Origin: Orbicella franksi
Lineage: Eukaryota
Reading direction: 5' to 3'
NCBI GenBank assembly: GCA_964199315.1
Contig: OZ116700.1
Span: forward strand, 33,852,001 to 33,916,000
DNA length: 64,000 bases
The notes below the pieces were generated by a model. That model was not told the origin of the DNA, did no database searches, and was given only the letters and a program-made list of their open reading frames with translations. How positions within the stretch are numbered: the first letter of the stretch is position 1; every line of letters starts with the position of its first letter. The position numbers and the translations under genes are program-made. Below, piece by piece: positions 1-10,579 of this stretch.

Positions 1-547
1 TTGAAAAAGATCCCCCTTTCACGTACCCTCATAACTGGCCCTTATTACGAATAAATCGTCAACAAAGGAAGTCATCTTGTCATTTCATGTGATGTCTAAT
101 AAATGAATTGATACAGCCATAAGGTGAGTCTGTTCGAAATATTTTCAGTAATAAAATGCCCTTTAAAATAACTAGATGACAGATTTCCCTACCCTTTCAT
201 GTACCTAAACATGTGAAATCTCTACCTTTTTATACACTTGAAGCCTGAAAAAGTTAACCCTTGCAGGCGTAGGTTCCCCGTATAGGCCATCATACGGAGT
301 GCCCCCATCCCCTACACCGCACTGGCGATCCTGTTCAAAAATCGCTTGAAAAAAAATATAAAAATACCCCTTTATGCTCTAAAACACCTCGAGATGACCG
401 CCAGTATTCGGGTAAACCAGTAAGTCTGAGCATCATTAATATTCGGCCGGCTATAGACCGTATGGAAGCCTTTGTACGTGTCATGAACCATTGAAGGGCG
501 TTTACTGAAACTGTTATTGTACTAATAAGACCCGTTCAAGGAACCCC

Positions 548-2147
548 CATTGAGGTAATTTCAATAAAGTTTGTAACAAGTGTGATCACTGTAGTAATGT
601 TTGCGTAGAACCACTAACTCCATAACACTGGTAGCTTAAGTAGTAGACAGTGTAAATTTTAGTAGCCATTACTTGAACTAAGGTTAAAATAAGGTCTCAA
701 ACTTATGGGGTTAATTAACCGTCAACCATCAAACGGTCTTGTTGAGGTAAATTCAATAAAGCCGGTTTCTAACAAGTACAAGCACCGTAGTCATGTTTGC
801 ATAGAGCCAGTAACTCGATAATAGTAGACAGTTTAAATTTTAATAAGAGCCATTAGTTGATCACTTAGTAGCTAAGGTTAAAAGAGTGTCTTAATGGGGT
901 TAATCGTCAACCGTCAAATGGTCTGATAAGAAAAAAAAACCCGAACATTTAGCTGTCAACCGCGTTAAAAAGCTATAATTGTTAACAGATAACCTTCTAA
1001 GGTAGCCCCCCCATTAAGACCATCTTAAAAGTTCTAGTTGAATTAAAATTTAAAACCAAAGCTTTCTAGACTCCTCCAGGTCCTTTTCAATGGAGTTAGG
1101 ACTAGACTCGACTTCGCGAACGGATCCTTTTCAAACAGTCAGGTTCGCAGCCAGAAATGACTGAGGCAATGCCCGTGAAAAAATTATGATTGAGGCAATG
1201 TCCACGGTTAAATTATCTTCCGAAATATTAAGGGTGTTTATTATGACTATATATAAACAGCAAAAAACGAAAACTCTGAGACGCATATAACCGCTAAAAA
1301 AACGAGACTGCGAGACCCGCAAAATTAGACGAAAATTTTGCGAGGCCCATGAATGGTTTTTGATGGACCATTCACCACCCTTGTTCTGGAATTCAGGAGC
1401 CTAAGGACTTCTCATTGAGGTAAATTCAATAAAGTTTCTAACAAGTACGAACACTATAGTCATGTTTGCGTAGAACCCGCCGACTATTTCGATAAGACTA
1501 GTAAGTTAAGTTAAAAATTTTAGTTTTCATTACTTGAATTAAGGTTCAAAGGAGGTCTCGGTCTTATGGGGTTAATTAACCGTCAACCATCAAACGGTCT
1601 TATTGAGGTAAATTCAGTAAAGCCGTTTATAACAAGTGCGAGCACCGTCGTCATGTTTGCATAGAGCCACTAACTCGATAAGACTAGTAGCTTAAGTGGT
1701 AGTAGACAATGTAAATTTTAATAAGAGCCATTAGTTGATCACTTAGTAGCTAAGGTTAAAAGAGTGTCTTAATGGGGTTAATCGTCAACCGTCAAACGGT
1801 CTTAATGAAAAGAAAAAAAATTACCGAACATTTAACCGTCAACCGTGTTAAGAAGCTATATTTGTTAACAGTTAACCTTCGCAGGTAACCCTACATTAAG
1901 ACCATCTTAAAAGTTTTAGTTGAATTAAAATTTAAAACTAAAGCTTTCTAGACTCCTCCAGGTCCTTTTCAATGGAGTTAGAACATAGAATCGACTTCGA
2001 GAACGGATCCTTATCAAACAGGTTCGCAGCCAGAAATGACTGAGGCAATGTCCATGAAAAAATTATGATTGAGGCAATGTTCATGGCAAAATTATCTTCC
2101 TAGATATGAAGGGTGCTTATGATGACTATAAACAATAAAAACGAAAA
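548..2147. repeat. Tandem duplication with ~865-bp period (548-~1275 vs 1413-~2147); each copy has a ~190-bp sub-repeat and a small TIR-bounded element
   Basis: CATTGAGGTAA..CAATAAAG begins at 548 and 1413. The block AAGCTTTCTAGACTCCTCCAGGTCCTTTTCAATGGAGTTAG occurs in both copies. Inverted GTCTTAATGGGG (888-899) / CCCCATTAAGAC (1009-1020) recurs in degenerate form at 1766-1902. Confidence 0.85.
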
Positions 2148-3780
2148 AAAAAAGAAAAAAAATGACTGAGGCAAGTGCCTAGGTTTGCTTATTACTTGTT
2201 TAAGATAGTTGAAGATACAACTGAGGCTCTGAGTTTCTGGGCGTTGAAATTAAACGCTGTTCAGCCATATTCTTCTGCTGTAGGTTTAGCCTGGTGCAGA
2301 GGCTCGATTTAATAGCAACCAGAAAAGCGGCGACGGAAAAATACTGAACTGTCCTATTTTTTATTTCGCCTTTTTTTGCGCTGCTGCCAACAAAGCTAAC
2401 TCCTGAGACAGGCTAAGGTAGATTCCACATTCCATATAAAATTAAACAAAATCGAACTACGCCGATCTTCGTAACTCCTGAACAGAGTAGTTTCGGGACA
2501 AATCAGACAACCATTCTCTTTTGCATGGATGCACGGGCCTTGATTCGTTATGACTGCGAGCTCATGCGTAAAATAAAATATTAGGATGTAAAGGAAATAA
2601 GGCAAACCAAATTTCTTTATGATTGTGAGGTTTAAATTAACTATGGCTTTGTCAACTTACAGACGCTAATTTCAACATAGGGGCATGAGTAAAGCACAGC
2701 AACTGCAACAGCGAAGAAAAACTGCGTTGAGGACGTCGCTGAAAGGAAAAGGTTTTTTTGAAAGAGCAGCGCTATAGTTTTGCACGTGCGTTATATATCT
2801 TGGTACACTTTGTTTCCGTTTCTTGCAGACAACAACGTACATAATATCAAGTTCTGCTTATTTAGCCGACAACGCATAACACGATGCGGCTAAGTATATA
2901 TCTCTATTTTTACCGACACTTTTGAATAGTACTAGAAAATGTCAAATTCTAAAGTATTTACGGAAATAGGCAGTACATCTCATCGACGCTTCCCTGTATC
3001 ACCATTGTGTTTTATCTCATTAGTGGTCAAAGTATAAGAAGAACATCTTTGAAACTAACAGAGTCCTCTTCGAAGATCGAGCAAACGTGAAGTCTTCAGC
3101 TTTCTCAGTGTGGATATGTGTTCAAAGTGAGAGTGAAAGAGATGAAATGCTATGGCTCGAGCTTGGCAGGGGTTCCTTGTTTGAGATGCACAAGTAAGAC
3201 TTCAAAAACCTTGGTAGAAATGATTACGTATGTGATAAATTTGAAGGTGACGAAACGGTAGTCAAGTTTTGCAAGAATTATTGGTGACCCATGAAATTCT
3301 TCACGAGCTAAAATGTTTAATGATTACACCTGCGCCCGAAGAAATCTTAACCTTTAAATGGTACACTAATTAACGAGTAAACAAACTTGACGGAGTCAAT
3401 CAAATTCTGTTCATTTTTGTACCGCACCCAAGTGTTTAGAACAGGTACTGGAAGTAGCCATTAAAACTATATGAGTGAACGTTTGTTATTAATAAAAATA
3501 ATACGGAACACAGAACGAAAAAAGTTTCTCCAGTTTTAAATAAATTCAGTAATGCCCTAAACACGATGATCTCAAAGAGCTTCTAGCACTTAACAGGTCT
3601 GGTAACCATGCAATGTAAAATTATAGCACAAGCATTTTAGCAACGGAATTATTCAGTGATGTCGTAGACAGGTTCGGGGTCATTCGGTCGCGCACCTGAA
3701 AAAGAATATTTTATCACCGAAATAAAAGTCGAAGCGAGTGGCGCTAGGTCACAGTAGTTTTCGGTTGTTCTTGCGGTAAA

Positions 3781-6700
3781 ATGTCTCGTTTTTTTGTTTT
3801 GCTGATTTGTGTGATAGCAGTTGTAGTACAAGGAAGGCCGCGGCTACATCACAAGCACAAACAAGGTACGTATATATTTCAAAGAAACACATATTCACAA
3901 TCGAGAAGTGTAAAATTCATTGACAAAATCGCACATGAGACTCACATAGAAGAGTTTTGTATATAGCTGTTTCTTAAAGCAACAAGTGTTAATTACATTT
4001 CTTGTGTTGGTTTGTGTGAAAGCCTGAGCTTTAAAAAAAACTGTCATTGACTAAATACACGAGTACTTCCAATCTTGGATAAGATGAACGGGCAAGAGTT
4101 ATTTAAAAGGCTTGAAAACAGCTGGACGTTCGGGGCGTCAAATTGAGAAAACTTCATTCCACACTAAAAAAATGTCTCCAATTATATAAAGAATGAAATT
4201 CCAATTGCTTATTGAATGGCTCTGGACTAAGTAGGGACGATTTTCCTCCGTGTCTTGACAGAGAGGCTTGTTTATATTTCCATTGTTCAGACAAAGACAG
4301 TATATAATCAGTTGTGTCTTCAGTCAAAAGGCCATAAATTTTAATAGAGCGAAACTTTTTTCCTGTCAAACACTCAGCAAATATGTCACAATGGTGGCAG
4401 TACAGAAAGAAGAGATAAACGAGGGCATTATTAGTTTCTGACATTATTAGTTCATTTTCATGGTCTTCAGCCGGAGAACATTGTTCATTGATCCATTTCA
4501 AGCAGGCGTCGCCACCTGTTGGCCTTCTTCCTTTGTTCTCACACATAAGAAGTACCTCTGCCATCTAAATATATTCTTGTCATGAGTTCAGTGGATCCAC
4601 TTTATTAACTAATAGGTCGAGAGAAAAAGCCTTGTACTTGGCCTACCCTGGCTGCTCAAAGGGGTATTATCTGATTTATTACTTAAAGTACTTATTTAAA
4701 TTAATTATTACTAAAACGTAAACAGGAAAGAAGCGCGCGAGAGAGCGGATGTAATCTTGGTTAACAGTTTAGACTTGGAATAGCACTCATAGATTTTCAA
4801 CAACACAGCCAAGGGTTTGACACTCTTCTGAATTTGAATAGACTGAATTTGAATTGGAAAGACTTTGCTCGGAGTCAGTTGCGATTTGGAGTTTAATCAA
4901 CCATTAAACTTTGACTGCATGATTCAGCTCGGTTCCTCACATGTATCTGTGGAGGCGCGTTGGCCTCATGGTTAGTGCGCTCGACTTCGGATCGAGCGGT
5001 CCGGGTTCGAGCCTTGGCTGGGGACTTACATTGTAGTGTGTTCTTGGGTAGGACATTTTACTCTGAGAGTACCTCTCTCTACCCAGACCTAGGTGACAAA
5101 CGGGTACCGGCGATTTTAATTGGGGGAGAGGACTGGCGATGGTCTAGCATCCCATCCAGGAGGGCAGGGGGGGGGGGGGGAGTAGAAATACTCGTAGTCG
5201 CTTCATGTTACGAAAACCAGAGATACAGTAAGCTCCAGCCTGATGGGCCACTTGGCTTGTATGTAGACCTAACCCTCACATGCATTTTCCTACAGCTCAT
5301 GTACAGAACCCAGGAAGTGAGGATCCGCGGGCACATCGGAGGCAGCCCGCAGATCACCATCCACTTTCCGATGCTCCAGCAGGCCCACAGGATTTGAGCA
5401 TTTTCGACGTTAACGTGCATAAAATGGCAGACAAGAACAAGGTGTCTGGTCACATTGCTCCGCACGATGTAGCTGTGTCCATGCAAGGTCCTGGTACGGT
5501 ATCTCTGAGCACCACTCAGCAGGTGGTAGGACCAAGTGAAGCCAAACCAGACCATACCGTTAGCATGGTGAAGGACACTGGAGGCTGCAACGGTCCCGAA
5601 TGCAGCATGGTCAATGTTAAATCAGGTAAACAAAAAAATACTTTTTCACACTTGGTGCCCAATGTGTACTGATCACATGCACAAGAATTCGGGCACAGTG
5701 CCCGTGCCCGGGTACAAGATCTTGACTTTGTACCCAGGCACTAAATGGTATTTGGGTACTTGGAGTACCCAGTGTTTGAACACAACACTAATTTTGTGCC
5801 GGTGCCCAGGCGCCAGTGTTTGGGCACCAAGTATGAACACAGCCTTCGCTGTCTTTTCTTTTTGAACTTCGTGAGAGCCACACTGTACTTTCTACCTAAC
5901 ACTAAGAAGTTTAATTCATCAACCATTGCATCTCCATGCTCTGCTTAAAATGCTCTCTTCTCCATTCTTGGTACTTGAAGGCAATTTTCCCTGACAACAC
6001 CTTTATTTGTATCCAAGACTATGCTGCTTCTAGTTGGTAGTTTTACTTAGTCTCATCACATTTCAACTAGCAAAATTTACTGATATTGTGGGAAGACAAT
6101 AAATCTCGATCACTATTGCAATTTATGCCGTAAGCATCACATTAACATTTACTGTATTTTTTGTTCCATGAGACTACTTAGACTAATTGAAAGCTTTTTG
6201 TCTTTCCTCAAGGTCACCAACTTCCCATGGCCCTTCCGCTAACAGGGCCATCAACACCCATACAGGAACCAAAAGAGGTAAAACCCCATGATCTGAAACC
6301 TCTAGCTCAAGCCTCAAAAGAACCAGCTAAACTTCACGGACATGCTGCCGCTGATCATGGAAAGATGGGCCATGTTGTTGTACACAACCAAGTGAACAAG
6401 AAGCAGGCTAACGAAATAATTAATGGTCTAGAGACCAATATACCTGTTGCGGCCCATAAACCAAAATGTGAGTAGAAATTTAAAGAATGTTTTTCAAAAT
6501 TCGTGCCTTCAGCTGATATTTTGAACCATTTTTTTCTGTTCAAGACGAACATCCGTCCTTGGAAGAGAATGTGAAAGTGCATGCAGCCGCTGAACGTTCT
6601 GATCACGGAGTAGTCAGCCATGCTCATAGTCACATGACCAAGGAACACGCTAACGACATGATAACAGGTGTACAGAACGGTGTACCTGTAGTAACCCATA

Positions 6701-7667
6701 AACCAAAAAGTGAGTGGCAATTAAAGAGATGTATTTGAAATTTAAATTCTTTCAGTTGCTATCTTGAATTATTCTATTTTTCTTTTTGATGTATTATTAA
6801 CTAAAACTTATGACTGTTCCAACTTGCCAAATATGAAGAAAAACGGTGATAAATAATAACATGTGTTTAAAGCTGTGTTCAAATATTCGGTAAATAATGA
6901 TAAACCACAATGGAGCAAGTCTAACAAACACCAATTTCCTGCGACGATATCAACAGCGCCTCAAGTGCCTTTCATCAATGACAACAGTATTCTGTGGATT
7001 TTACTGACTTAAAAAACTTATGCACGTTGCTTTGTGCATGATTAAAGATAATTAGAGAACTTAGAATACCAGCTCTTGATGAGTCATGCCTGCCCTACTA
7101 AAATACAGTTTCTCACTTGGTGCAGTCTCAAAGAAATCATTTGCACCGAAAACAATTTATTCCATCCAAAAGCGAGCTGGGTACAAGTAGAGTCAGAGTT
7201 GGGTAACGTTGTGTAGACAGTGATGTTTTCATCAACATTTGGGACAAACGATTCTAAAGTACCCAGTGACATTTTGAAAAGAGGAGTTGGACAGGGTACA
7301 AATATAGTTTTGTTGAGATATTTCTATTTTAGTTTCAAGTAACCTCTATGGTTGACTCTGGAGGGTCAGGGAATGATGCTGTAATGATCTTTTCATCATG
7401 TTATCCTATTATACAGAGGATGTACAAGTTAACAATGGCCATAAGGTCTTCATAGGCAACCCAGGCAGTCCGCAGAAGGTGTTTGGACAAATGGACTCCA
7501 ATAATGTGGGCGTTACATCGCAAGGACAAGGTACAGTGACTGTGACGTCACAATTTGACATTCCACAGCTTAGCCAAACTGTCGTTTTCGATCCCATGGA
7601 ACCATGCTCCGGGCCGTCATGTCCGCCAGGCACTGCAAAGGAAAAAAAGGGTGGAAAGCACCATTAA
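3781..7667 (+). CDS. G1: secreted His-rich protein of unknown family, 361 aa; join(3781..3865,5296..5625,6213..6467,6545..6709,7417..7667)
   Basis: Signal-peptide-like MSRFFVLLICVIAVVVQG. All four introns are GT-AG and phase 1. Exons sum to 1086 nt, open to TAA at 7665-7667, which overlaps AATAAA. About 30 His. Exons 3/4 and exons 2/5 are mutually similar. Confidence 0.85.
4951..5275 (+). mobile_element. tRNA-derived SINE (family 1) in G1 intron 1
   Basis: Pol III A-box-like TGGCCTCATGG (4961) and B-box GGTTCGAGCC (5004). Body TTCTTGGG..ACA.TTTACTCT..AGTACCTCTCT..ACCCAG and tail CCTGATGGGCCACTTGGC match the copy at 58291-58590. Confidence 0.85.
5646..5844. mobile_element. Palindromic MITE-like element in G1 intron 2
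   Basis: Inverted ends TCACACTTGGTGCCCAA (5646-5662) / TTGGGCACCAAGTATGA (5820-5836). Internal palindromes GTGCCCGGGTACAA..TTGTACCCAGGCAC and GGGTACTTGGAGTACCC. No coding capacity. Confidence 0.7.
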
Positions 7668-7793
7668 TAAATTCCGGTAAGGAATTGAAGGTTTTAATTA
7701 GAAGTTCCCCAATTAATCAGTATGCATTTCCTTCAATGTTAGTTCCGAAAATTTGCTGATACATAGAGACAACACCATCTGCAACAGGCGAAT

Positions 7794-7827
<34 letters not shown>

Positions 7828-8667
7828 AATTAAAACTTACGACTTTGCGCACACAAATTGACTACAAATATAGCTTGTGAAACTTAGTAATTGGTGAAAC
7901 TCTTGACTCTTTGAGTGTAATATTCGACGGGAAATTTGCTTCCAAAACTGTAAAATTTCTGGGTGGTAAAAGCGCCAATGATCTCATGCATTCCTTGTTA
8001 CAAAAAATACTCCATACATCGGGCTCAAATTCATTGGCATAGTTAATCATGCTGTACCCTTTCACTATTGAGAGTTAATGTTTTTATGATTCCATCAGAA
8101 ACTGCATCGCTTATCCTAATGAGGAAAAATATTGTAAACAAAGATTCTCCTATAACGGGGTAGTATGATCTTGACAATTGCTGGTTGAGAGTATTTATCA
8201 TGCTTCAAAAGAGGACATCCTCTTTTTTGCGTCATAAGTTCCGGGTGAGTCGTACCTCGACTTCCCAACACTACATAAGTGAGAAAAGATGGAGGTACAA
8301 CATTACGCCCGACTTAAATGCTTTCCTCCACTTGCTTCATCAGGCGAACTTACGGCTATCATCTAATTGCTATTTTTTTTTAAATTTCCCTTCTTCACGC
8401 AGACAGAAGCCGGTTTTACAGTGGTTTGACCAAACAGGACATTCACCAAGAAAAAAAAAGGAGAATTATTAAATTAAACTTGAGAGACACGCTCAGTGAA
8501 GGATAAAATAAGAAGATATTTGAGTTCTGGCAATTTACTCATATTATTTTATTGTAAACATCATCGCTTAACCCTTAATGCAAAAAGCTCGGCCTGACTG
8601 GCGGTTTTTCTCGCGAGATGAAAGATTAATAGTGGAGAAAAAGCAGGTAATCCTGTCTTAAGTTATT

Positions 8668-8822
8668 TCCAGTCCTGTCCTCTCGTGAACGTCCCTGTCT
8701 TATCCTATCCCGTCCTGCCTCGACCCGTCCCGTTCCGACCCGTCCCGTCCTCTCTTACCCTCCCTGTCTTGTACTGTCCCGTCCCGCCCTGCCCTTTACT
8801 GATCTGTTCTCTACCCCGTCTT
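8668..8822. repeat. Degenerate (CCCGT/CCTGT)n pentanucleotide low-complexity tract
   Basis: Repeated CCCGT/CCTGT/CGTCC words. These explain the spurious ORFs 8685..8867 and 8705..8932. Confidence 0.75.
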
Positions 8823-9072
8823 CTCTTTACGTCACTAATTCGCCGCCCGTTTTCAAGCTTTCTTTGACCACTAGTTATCTTGCAATCGCGAAAGAAATGC
8901 CTCCAGTTATGCCGTTTATAAATGTAAGTCATGAAATTTTTTCACCCAAAGTGGGTTTTGCCTAATAAAGGTCTTAAACTTAAAACACCAACGTGTTCTA
9001 TTTCTAAGGAAAAGAAAAGCTGTTATGTCGTTGTTTGAGATCCATCTCTGAAGTTTTGGTTTGGACTATTGT

Positions 9073-9315
9073 TCAAACTAATCCGTCACGAAAACGGAAC
9101 TTTTCAAAAACGCTTCTCAAATCGTAGGAATTTGGACACGCCAGCTTTTCGTTTCCGTGTGGACGTAAAACAATTTGAAAACGGGGCTTTTTGAAAACAA
9201 TGTATTCACGATAATCATGGGACTTTCCTGATCGAGTTTTCCTCAACTGGCACAAATCTAAAATGACTGGTGATTGATGCGTTTCTAAATTCCTTCGGTG
9301 TATTGTGGACGGGGC
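9073..9315. mobile_element. Fragment of a non-autonomous DNA-transposon-like repeat (PIF/Harbinger-type end GTGGACGGGGC)
   Basis: Repeated GAAAACG/CGTTTTC and GTGTGGACG words, terminating in TGTGGACGGGGC. Recognised by pattern only; the left end was not found. Confidence 0.5.
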
Positions 9316-10579
9316 ATTCGGTATTCTGTCGATTCCGTATTTGACCACTGCCATTGCATATCAATTGCTGGCTATCTTTAACAACAGGCTCGTTTAGCAT
9401 CTTCTCGTCTTTCCTCCATATCGGTATCAAGTCGCCTATCGAAGGGAGCGCTTGATTTGAGAAGTTCCCATAGCGGTAGTCTTTGATCCTGAATACTGAT
9501 TCATATCATGCAGACTGTTAAATATCACGATCGATGTTTTCCTGATTGCTAAATACTAACATTGTTGAAAAAAGCAAACTAAATGATCAGCTTTTGACTT
9601 TATTCTTTCTTTGCACCATGTAAAAGATTCGGAGAAACCAGTTCAATATTTACACTGGCAGCTATAATAATTTGTTTTCGGTCTGATAATGTATCATACC
9701 CCAACGATCGTCTTTCTATCCTCTGGAAAATACCAAAACTTTAAAATTTTGCTACACTAGCTATTCTGTCAAAAGCGCAATAATGTCAGGAACGTGCAAG
9801 AAAACTTAGAGAAGGGTAGTTTCTTGGTATTGTGGATGGAATGATCAGCAATTGACGTACAATGAGAGAAATAAACAGTGACATCGCAACACCAACATTC
9901 AGCGTTAGCAACACGTCAAAGACCAAAGCATTTACTTTTAAGCTAGAGGGAGGTTGCGCGCTCGTTGTTCTGTCATGTCCTTGAGGAGGAGGATGAGGGG
10001 GTCTGGTGGCGCTATGCATGTAGCATTGAGGAGAATCCGTGTAACCCTACTGAGGTGGTCAAAATTGTTTTTTGGTAGTAAAAAGTTATCATCGAGGAAC
10101 AACTGTTGAAAGCAGACGACCAAACAACGCACAAAGGCATGTTTGTTTCCAGATCTTTCGTTTCCCAATTGCTCGTAGCAGAGGTCGCTTGAGGTCGTAA
10201 CTAACAAAAAAAAAATGCTTGCAAGACTCCCACTGTGGAAAAGTCAAGGTAATTTTTAAATGGAAAATATTTTAATCAGCAGAGCTAGTCTTCAGTGACC
10301 CTGCGGGAAATCCAGACTAAAACTCTCTCAGTTGAAATATTGGCCAATAAATCCTTCTTTTCCCTTTTCCGTTGCCTTGCAATCAATCTGTATCTCAGAT
10401 GAGATGAATCCTGGCTGCTCTGCTCGTGAGGATTAGGCATACGACAATAAACCAGGTGGAGATTACCCAGAATCGTTAAATAATGAAATGAATCAATGAA
10501 ACGAGCCACCGTAAATAAATTCGACATCACGTGACCATAGAACTGTCGCAACGGAACGCGGGGACCGAAGTGTCTAAAA

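Noticed and set aside
4951-5030. tRNA genes at 4951, 14981(-), 42181 and 58291
   Set aside because: They have only tRNA-like A and B boxes with no complete cloverleaf, and they run into shared repeat bodies. They are SINE heads.
4960-5397. 145-aa ORF, and the second half of ORF 58078..58476
   Set aside because: These are translations of SINE sequence. The real exons use splice sites at 5296 and 58248.
9786-10234. Minus-strand ORFs 9786..10019 and 9938..10207, and a + strand MLARLPLWKSQ|GT mini-exon
   Set aside because: No recognisable domain or consistent splice chain. G2 already has a convincing leader exon at 10580.
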